Assembly: GCA_049513715.1 (NCBI GenBank)
Contig: JBEKVV010000002.1
Coordinates: 288,001-352,000, forward strand
Length of the DNA: 64,000 bases
Origin: Candidatus Bathyarchaeia archaeon
Lineage (GTDB): Archaea > Thermoproteota > Bathyarchaeia > 40CM-2-53-6
Reading direction: 5' to 3'
In this document: piece after piece, positions 29,920 to 39,333 of the stretch
Position numbering within the stretch: the first letter of the stretch is position 1
How the letters are laid out: every line of letters begins with the position of its first letter
Notes under the pieces: generated by a model
The model's database searches: none
Seen by the model: only the letters and a program-made list of their open reading frames with translations
Told to the model about the DNA's origin: nothing
Translations under genes and position numbers: made by a program

Positions 29920-30313
29920 TGTGTTACACGTCTCCCGAGGTTTGTAGCGCCTTGTATCAAGGCTTTGATATTCGTTGGTGCGTTCCCCAGTAGTTGCCGA
30001 GCTGTTTACAAGAAACCGATTCAACGCGCACAGCGAAAGCGGAACGTTGGAAAGAAAGGTTGAAACAAGGCACGTGTTGTCCCTGGTACCATTTCAAGAA
30101 CAACTTCAAGCGCATGTGAACGAAAATTGCCCCTACTACAGCGGTCGAGAAGGCACGAAAAAACATGCTCAAGCGTTTGGTTTCACCGTTCCCAGGTTTT
30201 GATGGTTATTTGAACAATCACCGTTGCCGAACAGCCACAAACAGCAATATTACGAACTAAATCTAGTGGGGGCGGCTCTGGTTAGGGGCCTTTGAATTTG
30301 GAGGAGAAGTAAG

Positions 30314-32968
30314 CTGTACGTTTACCTTTTCGATGAGGGCAACACGAGGCTGAGGGGCCTCTTGGGTGGCAAAGGCGCTGATCTGGCGGAGATGACGGGC
30401 CTAGGCCTGCCCGTCCCACCCGGACTGACCGTTACCACAGAGGCGTGCAACCATTACAGTTCCCACGGGTTCAAGTTTCCTGAAGGCCTGGAAGAAGAAA
30501 TCGCTTCGAAGATGAAAGTCATAGAGTCCAAGACAGGTAGGGTCTTCGGGTCAGCTGAGAACCCACTCTTGGTATCTGTTCGATCAGGGGCACCCATCTC
30601 CATGCCCGGAATGATGGACACCGTGCTCAATCTCGGCCTGAACGACAAGACCGTGCAAGGGCTGATTGCTCAAACGAAGAATGAGCGCTTCGCCTACGAT
30701 TCCTACAGACGCTTCGTTCAGATGTTTGGCAAAGTCGTCCTCGGCATAAAAGGGGAAAAGTTCGAGGCGATCATTCAGAAACACAAACAGAGTCTGAACC
30801 TCAAGTTAGATACTGAGCTTGACGCACACACTCTTCTCGCAATCGTACAAGAGTTCAAGCAAATCGTGAAAGAAGAAACCCAGAGCGAGTTTCCTGCAGA
30901 TCCTTTGACCCAACTGCATTTGGCAGTGGCAGCAGTCTTCCAATCATGGAATGGTAACCGGGCTGTCGTCTATCGCCAAGCGAACAGGATTTCAGACACG
31001 TTGGGAACAGCAGTCAACATTCAGGCCATGGTATTCGGGAACATCGGGCCAAATTCGGGGACTGGGGTTTGTTTTACGAGGAATCCCTCAACAGGCGAAC
31101 CGACACTATTCGGGGAATTTCTGATCAACGCCCAAGGCGAAGACGTTGTATCAGGAGCTCGGACACCTCAACCTATTTCCCAGCTCCTGGACGAAATGCC
31201 TGACGCATATTCGAAACTAATCGGTGCCTGTAAGCTCCTTGAGCAACATTTCAAGGACATGCAAGATATTGAGTTCACCATTGAGAGAGGAAAGCTGTTC
31301 CTCCTTCAGACCCGTTCGGGAAAGCGTACGGCTTCTGCTGCGATGAGAATTGCCGTTGACATGGTAAAGGAGGGGTTGTTCACTAAGGAAACGGCGTTGC
31401 TTCGAGTGCAACCTCCGCAGGTGGATCAACTCGTCCACCCGCAGATAGATCCGTCCCATCATGGACGACCGATTGCCACGGGCCTGCCAGCCTCGCCGGG
31501 GGCTGCAACGGGGAAGGTTATCTTCGATACAGATGAAGCCCACAGGCTCGGGTCCAGCGGGGAAGCTGTCATTCTCGTCAGGGAAGAAACGACGCCCGAA
31601 GATATACATGGAATGATCGCGGCAAAAGGAATGCTGACCTCCAGAGGAGGGATGACGTCTCATGCTGCAGTTGTGGCTCGCGGCATGGGCAAGCCTGCCG
31701 TCGTGGGTTGCGAACAGGTCAAGATTGATTTGGGCAGTGAGACGTTCAGCACCCGAAAAGTCACTGTGAAGAAGAATGATGTCATAACGATTGACGGTAC
31801 CACAGGTAACGTGCTCTTGGGTGCCGTGCCGACTATTGCCCCCAAACTGAGCGGGGAAGCCCAACAAATATTGAAGTGGGCTGATGAGACCCGTAGGCTA
31901 GGGGTTAGGGCCAACGCTGACACCCCTGATGGTGCCGCCCAGGCGATTCAGTTCGGCGCTGGAGGAATCGGCCTCTGCAGAACCGAGCGCATGTTCAACG
32001 CACAAGACAGGCTTCCGATTGTTCAAGAAATGATTCTGTCCGCGACTGACGGTGAGCGCGCGAAGGCCCTAGAGAAGCTTAGGCCTCTTCAGAAAGAGGA
32101 TTTCAAACGAATATTCCGCAACATGCACGACCTACCTGTCACGATAAGACTCCTCGACTTACCGCTGCACGAGTTCTTGCCAAAGTATGAGGAACTGGTT
32201 TCCGAGGTTGCTGCGCTTAAGGCGAACGGGAAAGCTGGGGCGGCGTTGGATTCCAAAGAGCGCATGCTCAGGAAGGTTGTAACACTCGCAGAACACAACC
32301 CAATGCTGGGGCATAGAGGTTGCAGGTTGGCGCTGAGCCATCCTGAGATTTACGAGATGCAGGCGCGCGCAATTTTCGAGGCTGCCATCGAGCTACAAAA
32401 GGAGGGTGCAAAGGTTGGTGTCGAGATCATGCTCCCACTTGTGGGGGAGGCTAATGAGATTCGTTTCCTACGCGAGCGCATTGAATCCGTGGCGGATGCA
32501 GTTATGAAAGACTTGGGGTCGAGAGTTGACTACACAATAGGAACAATGATAGAAGTTCCCCGAGCGTGTGTAACAGCAGATGAGATCGCGAAGTACGCGG
32601 ATTTCTTCTCTTTTGGCACGAATGACCTCACCCAAGCAACATTTGCCTTTAGTAGAGATGACGCTGAAGCAAAATTCCTGAAGGATTACTTGGACCAGAA
32701 GATCTTGGCCGCCAACCCCTTCGAGGTCCTTGACCGCAAAGGTGTCGGCAAGCTGATGAGGCTGGCCGTGAAGGAAGGTCGGCAAACGAACCCGAAGCTC
32801 AAGATCGGGATCTGCGGGGAGCATGGCGGAGAACCAAGTTCGGTGGAATTCTGCCACGAATTGGGCTTAGATTACGTGAGCTGTTCCCCCTACCGAGTCC
32901 CTGTTGCACGCCTCGTAGCGGCACAAGCAGCAGTCCGCGACAAGACGCCGGTAATGGAAGAGAACTGA
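30314..32968 (+). CDS. ppdK: Pyruvate, phosphate dikinase
   Basis: YVYLFDEG...LLGGKGA, SMPGMMDT, GGMTSHAAVVAR, GLCRTE, CGEHGG; start inferred at CTG 30314. Confidence 0.96.
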   Translation: MYVYLFDEGNTRLRGLLGGKGADLAEMTGLGLPVPPGLTVTTEACNHYSSHGFKFPEGLEEEIASKMKVIESKTGRVFGSAENPLLVSVRSGAPISMPGMMDTVLNLGLNDKTVQGLIAQTKNERFAYDSYRRFVQMFGKVVLGIKGEKFEAIIQKHKQSLNLKLDTELDAHTLLAIVQEFKQIVKEETQSEFPADPLTQLHLAVAAVFQSWNGNRAVVYRQANRISDTLGTAVNIQAMVFGNIGPNSGTGVCFTRNPSTGEPTLFGEFLINAQGEDVVSGARTPQPISQLLDEMPDAYSKLIGACKLLEQHFKDMQDIEFTIERGKLFLLQTRSGKRTASAAMRIAVDMVKEGLFTKETALLRVQPPQVDQLVHPQIDPSHHGRPIATGLPASPGAATGKVIFDTDEAHRLGSSGEAVILVREETTPEDIHGMIAAKGMLTSRGGMTSHAAVVARGMGKPAVVGCEQVKIDLGSETFSTRKVTVKKNDVITIDGTTGNVLLGAVPTIAPKLSGEAQQILKWADETRRLGVRANADTPDGAAQAIQFGAGGIGLCRTERMFNAQDRLPIVQEMILSATDGERAKALEKLRPLQKEDFKRIFRNMHDLPVTIRLLDLPLHEFLPKYEELVSEVAALKANGKAGAALDSKERMLRKVVTLAEHNPMLGHRGCRLALSHPEIYEMQARAIFEAAIELQKEGAKVGVEIMLPLVGEANEIRFLRERIESVADAVMKDLGSRVDYTIGTMIEVPRACVTADEIAKYADFFSFGTNDLTQATFAFSRDDAEAKFLKDYLDQKILAANPFEVLDRKGVGKLMRLAVKEGRQTNPKLKIGICGEHGGEPSSVEFCHELGLDYVSCSPYRVPVARLVAAQAAVRDKTPVMEEN

Positions 32969-32973
32969 TCCCG

Positions 32974-34701
32974 ATGTCGGAAACCCGGCCTGTCATTATG
33001 GGCACCCGCGGATGCCTAGCCTCTTCGAACTACTTGGCTACTGCCGCGGGTTTTGAGGTCTTATTGGCGGGAGGCAACGCGGCGGATGTTGCTGTGGCTA
33101 CCGGATTGGCGTTGCATGTCGTTGAGCCGCACATGAACGGGATTGGTGGAGAGAATCCGGTTATTCTGTATTCAGCGAAAGAGAGGAAAGTGTTCACTAT
33201 TTCTGGGCAGGGAACAGCTCCGAAGGCTGCAACCATTGACTACTTTCACAAGAACGGAATTGACCTGATTCCAGGCGATGGCTACCTTCCGGCAACCGTC
33301 CCAGCGTCCTTTGACACTTGGGTTACGCTCCTTTCCCATTTCGGGAAGATGACACTAGCGGAGGTGGCAGGGCCAGCAATCAGGCTGGCTGAGGAAGGGT
33401 TCCCGGTCTATCCTCCACTCCGTATGAAGATCAAGCAACACGAGCAGAGGTTCCGGGAGGAGTGGACGACCACGGCACGCGTCTTCTTGCCAAACGGAAG
33501 GGTGCCGCTGGTTGGACAGGTTCTGAAGCAGAAGGATCTCGCCCGAACTCTGCGCAGTCTTACGCATGCTGAGAAACGCTCTGGTGCCACAAGACTTCGC
33601 GGTCTTGATGCAGCAAGAGCTTTCTTCTATGACGGGCCGGTAGCACGGAGAATTGTGCAATTCGCCTCGACACATGCCTCAAGTGATGCAACAGGCAAAT
33701 CTCACACAGGCCTATTGAGCCTCCAGGACTTTAAAGATTACAAAACGAAAGTGGAAGAATCTGTCAACGTCGACTATCAAGGCCTGACAGTTCACAAATG
33801 CGGTCCATGGAGTCAGGGTCCAGTCTTCCTCCAACAGCTCCGCCTTTTGGAGGAATTCAACCTCGGCGAAATCGGGCACAACTCGGCAGATTACATTCAT
33901 CTCATTACCGAAGCATCGAAGCTTGCATTTGCAGACCGAGAGCGATTCTACGGGGACCCTCTCTTTACCAAAGTCCCCATGGCGAAACTTCTCTCTCGTG
34001 AATACGCAAACGCTCGGAGAAAACTGGTCGACATGGAAAACGCGTCAATGGAGCTAAGGGCAGGCGATGGAAATGTTCTGAAACCTGGGATTGACGCGCG
34101 AACAACGAGCTCCGCGGGGGATACAACACACCTAGATGTCGTTGATTGCGATGGGAATATGGTAACTGCGACTCCTAGCGGGGGTTGGATTTGGAGTTCA
34201 CCCGTAATCGAGGGGCTTGGATTTCCCTTGGGGACTCGGGGGCAAATGTTCTCACTGAATCCGGATCATCCAAACGCCCTCGCACCTGGCAAGAGGCCGA
34301 GGACCACCCTTTCACCGACCCTCGTAACCTCGAAAGGACGGCCGTGGTTGGCTTTCGGGACCCCGGGAGGAGATCAACAGGACCAATGGACTCTCCAGTT
34401 CTTCCTCAATGTCGTCAACTTCGGGATGAACCTTCAGGCTGCCATCGACGCTCCATCTTTCCACACTGCACATTTTCCGAGTTCGTTCTATCCCAGAGAA
34501 TCCCTACCTGGAAGCCTCTACGTGGAAGATCGGATTCCGAGCGAAATCCGAACGGAACTAAAACGGAGGGGCCACAAGATTTTCGTAGAGGATGGTTGGT
34601 CGAACGGTAGAGTTACAGCAGTTCAATACGATTGGCAGAATCGAGTCATGAAAGCGGCCGCGTCATCGAGATTTCAGACTGCATATGCGTTGGGGACTTA
34701 G
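32974..34701 (+). CDS. ggt: Gamma-glutamyltransferase family protein
   Basis: GGNAAD, KLAFADR, DTTH nucleophile, PGKRP, GTPGG. Confidence 0.93.
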   Translation: MSETRPVIMGTRGCLASSNYLATAAGFEVLLAGGNAADVAVATGLALHVVEPHMNGIGGENPVILYSAKERKVFTISGQGTAPKAATIDYFHKNGIDLIPGDGYLPATVPASFDTWVTLLSHFGKMTLAEVAGPAIRLAEEGFPVYPPLRMKIKQHEQRFREEWTTTARVFLPNGRVPLVGQVLKQKDLARTLRSLTHAEKRSGATRLRGLDAARAFFYDGPVARRIVQFASTHASSDATGKSHTGLLSLQDFKDYKTKVEESVNVDYQGLTVHKCGPWSQGPVFLQQLRLLEEFNLGEIGHNSADYIHLITEASKLAFADRERFYGDPLFTKVPMAKLLSREYANARRKLVDMENASMELRAGDGNVLKPGIDARTTSSAGDTTHLDVVDCDGNMVTATPSGGWIWSSPVIEGLGFPLGTRGQMFSLNPDHPNALAPGKRPRTTLSPTLVTSKGRPWLAFGTPGGDQQDQWTLQFFLNVVNFGMNLQAAIDAPSFHTAHFPSSFYPRESLPGSLYVEDRIPSEIRTELKRRGHKIFVEDGWSNGRVTAVQYDWQNRVMKAAASSRFQTAYALGT

Positions 34702-34716
34702 GGCCGAGGTCCGGGA

Positions 34717-35562
34717 CTAGAGTCTAGTGAGGATGAGTACGATGCCGATTCCCAGAACAGCGAAGGCAAAGACCCTCTCCAGCGTCACTGACCTAAGTCG
34801 TTTCGCAGTTCGCGCGCCGAATTGCGTTCCCAGTAGGATTCCAATTGCTAACGGGATGACGTATTCGATGCGCACGTTTCCCAGCAAAATGTGCGTTGAG
34901 ACTCCCGAAATCGACGTGAATATCATAGTCAGCATAGATGTCGCAACTGCTATGTGCACTGGCAACCCTACAAATGCAATCAATATCGGAACCACGATGA
35001 GTCCGCCGCCAATCCCCAAAAACCCTGAAGCTAAGCCGCCCACGAAGAGTAGGATTAGGCCAGAGTAGATTGACGCGTCATATTCGAAAACCTTCCCAGT
35101 ACTATCAATGAGCCTTCTATGCCAGACTCCTTTCGCAGTGATCGTTTTGCTTGTTGATGCGGTCGCAGTATTACGATCTGATTTGTGTTCAGCGCGAAAT
35201 GAACGGCGAAGCATTGCTGCTGCGATGAAGAATAGCGTCGCTCCAAATATGATTGCAAGAATCCGCGAGCTTACGAATTTGGTTGCATAGGCACCTATTG
35301 CAGCACCCGGGGTCGTCACTACGGCTGCCGCTATTCCAACTTTCCAATCGAGTCGTTTCTGACGGTAGTAGGCGAAGCTGCCTGAAAGAGCCGTGAATAG
35401 TATCATCGAAAGGCTTGTTCCTACGGCTATACGTGCGTCCAGGAGAAACGCGAGTACGAGTATGGGAACCACTATGACCCCGCCCCCGACTCCTAGCATT
35501 CCTCCCAAGAACCCGGCAAAAACCCCAAGAAGACTGAGAAGCACTGTTGTGATGGCGTCCAC
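34717..35562 (-). CDS. TauE/SafE family sulfite exporter
   Basis: Two GxGGG repeats, A.GTSL/A.ATS; start taken at GTG 35562. Confidence 0.9.
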   Translation of the reverse strand: MDAITTVLLSLLGVFAGFLGGMLGVGGGVIVVPILVLAFLLDARIAVGTSLSMILFTALSGSFAYYRQKRLDWKVGIAAAVVTTPGAAIGAYATKFVSSRILAIIFGATLFFIAAAMLRRSFRAEHKSDRNTATASTSKTITAKGVWHRRLIDSTGKVFEYDASIYSGLILLFVGGLASGFLGIGGGLIVVPILIAFVGLPVHIAVATSMLTMIFTSISGVSTHILLGNVRIEYVIPLAIGILLGTQFGARTAKRLRSVTLERVFAFAVLGIGIVLILTRL

Positions 35563-35832
35563 GATTGCAGCCTTCGTTGACTTCGCGAGAACTAAACGCG
35601 ATATAAGCCTAATAGTTGAAAACCAGCGAGCAAATTCAAGAAACAATATCGACCTCCCACGAAACGAGCACACCCATTCTGTGACCACCGTCTGTCACTG
35701 CGTGACGTGCCGTGCCCTTTAATTGGCTCAAGACGAACCTGCCATCGGACGAAAGAGGGATGCTCCGCGAAAGCGTATTCGAATAGAGCCGAAACTTCGC
35801 AAGCACGTATACGAAAGAATAGATGACGAGAC

Positions 35833-36774
35833 TTGGCAATCAATAACTCCTTTAAAGAATCTGTTGTTGAGGCGAGGGAACTCAGGAAAGCTTTCGAGAC
35901 CACAGAGGCAGTTCGGGGTGTGGACTTCGATGTCCGACCCGGAGAGTGTTTCGGGTTCCTCGGCCCAAACGGTGCCGGCAAAACTACCACAATGCGAATG
36001 ATTGGTTGTGTATCTCCTCTCACTTCGGGTTCATTGAAGGTCTTCGGATTAGAAACAGGACGTTCAATGCGGCAAATCAAAAAGCGATTGGGTGTAGTGC
36101 CGCAAGAGGCGAACTTAGATGAGGCACTGCCTGTTGAGGAGAACCTTACCGTTTATGCTCGGTTCTTCAATATCCCATCAGACTTGGCGAACGAGCGCGC
36201 CAGAGAGCTACTGGCTTTCATGGAGCTGACAGAGAAACGCCGCGCAAAGGTGTCCGAACTCTCAGGTGGAATGAGGCGCAGATTACTGATCTCAAGGGCC
36301 CTGATGAATGAGCCTGAACTACTCATCTTAGATGAGCCGACAACAGGCTTGGACCCTCAAGCTAGGCATTTGGTATGGGACAAATTGTTCGAGTTGAAGA
36401 AACGTGGCGTTACACAAATCGTTACAACTCACTACATGGACGAAGCGCAGCAGCTGTGCGACCGAATCGCAATTATGGATCAAGGACGAATCATGGAAGA
36501 AGGCCAACCGAACGATTTGGTGATGAAACATATTGGGCGAGAGGTTTTGGAGATAAGAATTCCAGCGAATGCGCTCAAACCGATTCTCATGAACGAACCG
36601 TTGATTAGAGGTTCCGATAGCTATCGTGATATTACGATCTTGTACTCGGATGATGCAGACGAATTGTTAAGGAAAATTCAGGCTAGGGGATTCAGTACTG
36701 ATTACGCAATTGTGCGACGAAGCACGTTGGAAGACGTATTCCTGAAGCTAACGGGGAGGCGCTTGATCGAATGA
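35833..36774 (+). CDS. ABC exporter ATP-binding protein (NodI-like)
   Basis: GPNGAGKT, LSGGM, LDEPTTGLD, TTHYM. Confidence 0.95.
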   Translation: MAINNSFKESVVEARELRKAFETTEAVRGVDFDVRPGECFGFLGPNGAGKTTTMRMIGCVSPLTSGSLKVFGLETGRSMRQIKKRLGVVPQEANLDEALPVEENLTVYARFFNIPSDLANERARELLAFMELTEKRRAKVSELSGGMRRRLLISRALMNEPELLILDEPTTGLDPQARHLVWDKLFELKKRGVTQIVTTHYMDEAQQLCDRIAIMDQGRIMEEGQPNDLVMKHIGREVLEIRIPANALKPILMNEPLIRGSDSYRDITILYSDDADELLRKIQARGFSTDYAIVRRSTLEDVFLKLTGRRLIE

Positions 36775-37553
36775 ACCCCTTCAAACCCTTCAGATTCTCA
36801 CCTCGCCAGGCGATCAGGGTTTGGCAGCGAGAGGTCAGCGTCTACAAGTACGTCTACAAATCAACCATAGTCTCGAACTTGATGGATCCGCTCATTTACC
36901 TTCTGGCGCTCGGTTTTGGTCTTGGCGCATACGTGACTCGAATTGCAGGGTTGTCATACATTCAATTCATTGCTCCAGGGTTGATTGCCTCATCAATAAT
37001 GACTGCCGCTTCATTTGAGACGACGTACAACACGTTCGTGCGGATACACTTCGACCGAGTCTATGAGGCTATGATGGCAACGCCAGTGACGGTAGAGGAT
37101 ATAGTTGTGGGGGAGATGTTGTGGGCTATGACCAGGAGCACAATCTACGCAACCGTTATGCTGGGTGTCGTAACTGCACTGGGTCTGACTCGGTCTTGGT
37201 TTGCAATTTTGATTCCGTTGATGGGCGCCTTGGGCGGGCTCATGTTCGCGGTAATCGGTCTTACTTACACATCTTTCTTGAAGAGCATTGACCAAATGAA
37301 CTTTTTCTTCACACTCTTCATAACGCCACTCTTCCTCTTCTCGGGCGTGTTCTATCCGCTCGACGCCCTACCGCTGGCAGTTAGGGACATAGCGTTCCTA
37401 AGTCCACTCTACCATCTCGTCGAAATAGTACGCCCGCTCGTACTGGGAACCGTGGAGCTAGGAGTGCTATGGCATCTCGCTTGGATAGTTTCGTTCCTGT
37501 TGGTCTTTACAGTGGTACCTGTGAATCGGCTCAGAAAGAACTTGGTCAAATGA
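36771..37553 (+). CDS. ABC-2 permease (NodJ-like)
   Basis: FIAPG, TP...DIV.GE, FSGVFYP; ATGA overlap with the ATPase gene. Confidence 0.92.
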   Translation: MNPFKPFRFSPRQAIRVWQREVSVYKYVYKSTIVSNLMDPLIYLLALGFGLGAYVTRIAGLSYIQFIAPGLIASSIMTAASFETTYNTFVRIHFDRVYEAMMATPVTVEDIVVGEMLWAMTRSTIYATVMLGVVTALGLTRSWFAILIPLMGALGGLMFAVIGLTYTSFLKSIDQMNFFFTLFITPLFLFSGVFYPLDALPLAVRDIAFLSPLYHLVEIVRPLVLGTVELGVLWHLAWIVSFLLVFTVVPVNRLRKNLVK

Positions 37554-37668
37554 AGACGAGCATCCCAAACGTTGATTCTGCCCTTAGGGATGAAAGACTC
37601 TCGAAGCCTACGTCAAAATTGATGCGGGACTGAATGCTCCGCATATTTGTTAGGTCTTGAAGAGCGAT

Positions 37669-39333
37669 TCAATCTTCCGCATAGTGATATATTTTCGCGG
37701 CCTCTGTACTTGTGATGCAGTGATTTTCAATATCGCTCCTGACGAGTGAAGGGTCGCGATCATGAGGCTGGCCAAACCCTCCCCCGCCTGCGGTGCGCAT
37801 TGTCAAAGTGTCTCCCGCCTCTAGGATAGTTGTGTCTTTGGAATCCAATTTGACCTCTTCATCATTCGCTCGGGCGACTGAATATTCGGAGGATTTGCCA
37901 GCGAGACCTCCATTCAACCCATATGGTTGAATTTTGCATCGGTCTCCTAGCACTGTGACCTCAATGCGAGCTCTGGTCGTGAACGATCGCTCGATGCCCA
38001 ATCCTCCGCGCCATTTTCCCGCTCCACCACTTCCATCACGAATCCTGTATGCCCGAAACATGACTGGATAGTAATGCTCCATCACTTCAATCGGTGTGTT
38101 TAGTGTATTCGTCATGTTGACCTGAACCGCGTTCACGCCGTCTGATTCGAATCTACCTCCATATCCCCCACCATTCGTCTCGTAGAATGCCCAGGGTTTA
38201 CCGGTGACCGGATGCGTTCCGCCCATCATCAGGTTGTTCATGCTCCCGTGCGCAGCCGCTGGGATCGTTTTGGGAAGAGGTTCTGACAATGCCTTGTAAA
38301 TTGCGTCGACGATTCGTTGACTTGTCTCAAGATTTCCGGCAGCAACGGGCGCGGGCTTGTGTGGATTAACAATTGAGCCTTCTGGTGCCTTCACGTGAAT
38401 CGTGCGAATGAAGCCGTCGTTGAGAGGCAAATCTCTCGGCATCAACGTTCTTATTGCGAATGTCGAAGCCGCGGTTGTGACTCCGAGCACAGCGTTCAGT
38501 GGGGCGGGTACCTGAGGCTCGGACCCATTGAAATCAACTTCCACACCTTCATCCGTAATAGTTACCATGACTGCCACGACGGGTAACCTGTCGCCCAGTT
38601 CCACATAGTCGACACTTTTCCATGATCCTTTCGGCAGTTTGGCATACGCTGCCATTGCGAGTTTGTGCGTCTGGTCGAGTATCAATTCGCAAGATTTCTC
38701 AAAATCTTCGAGACTTGTCTTTCCCGCGAGTTCGAGTATTCTCCTCTCGCCGAGGAGGTTAGCTGCTATTTGTGCTCTGAGGTCGCCGAGGGTGGTTTCG
38801 GGCATTCTGGCATTCGACGTAAGCTGCTTCACGGCCTCAAACCGCAGATCGTTCTTCTCCATCAATTTCATGGGTGGAATCAAAACGCCTTCTTCACTGA
38901 GTTCTCGGGCAAGGGGATTGATGCTGGCCGGAGTCGATCCTCCCACATCTACATGATGCGCTTTGTTTGCAGCGTAACCGATTATGTTTCCGTCTAGGAA
39001 AACGGGACGGATTACGGTCACATCGTTGAGATGCGTTCCGGAGATGTAGGGGTCGTTGACAATGAACATGTCACCTGGGAGGCTTTCTATTCCCTCTCCC
39101 TTGAGATGTTCAAAGGTCTGCTTGAGACCGAGTGAGAATGATCCTATGTGTACGGGAATGTGTTCGGCCTGACCTAAGGTTCTGCCAGTTTGATCCAATA
39201 TCGCGCAGCTGTGGTCTGCTCGTTCCCTGATATTCGGTGAATAGGCGGACTTCTTGAGCGCTATACCCATCTCCTCGGACGCGTAGGTTAGGCTGTGCTT
39301 GATCACTTCGACTTGCAGCTTGCTCGCAGTCAG
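37669..39333 (-). CDS. Hydantoinase B / 5-oxoprolinase subunit B
   Basis: SPNIRERAD, NDPY..GTHLND, HHVDVGG, NTPIE; start inferred at CTG overlapping the upstream stop. Confidence 0.93.
   Translation of the reverse strand: MTASKLQVEVIKHSLTYASEEMGIALKKSAYSPNIRERADHSCAILDQTGRTLGQAEHIPVHIGSFSLGLKQTFEHLKGEGIESLPGDMFIVNDPYISGTHLNDVTVIRPVFLDGNIIGYAANKAHHVDVGGSTPASINPLARELSEEGVLIPPMKLMEKNDLRFEAVKQLTSNARMPETTLGDLRAQIAANLLGERRILELAGKTSLEDFEKSCELILDQTHKLAMAAYAKLPKGSWKSVDYVELGDRLPVVAVMVTITDEGVEVDFNGSEPQVPAPLNAVLGVTTAASTFAIRTLMPRDLPLNDGFIRTIHVKAPEGSIVNPHKPAPVAAGNLETSQRIVDAIYKALSEPLPKTIPAAAHGSMNNLMMGGTHPVTGKPWAFYETNGGGYGGRFESDGVNAVQVNMTNTLNTPIEVMEHYYPVMFRAYRIRDGSGGAGKWRGGLGIERSFTTRARIEVTVLGDRCKIQPYGLNGGLAGKSSEYSVARANDEEVKLDSKDTTILEAGDTLTMRTAGGGGFGQPHDRDPSLVRSDIENHCITSTEAAKIYHYAED

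Noticed and set aside
29854..30202. Small ORFs between ppsA and ppdK
   Set aside because: Mutually overlapping, no motifs or convincing ribosome-binding sites
31217..31867. Long antisense ORFs (also 49540..50157, 60686..61198 and many short ones)
   Set aside because: Shadow frames of well-supported genes, with no recognisable motifs
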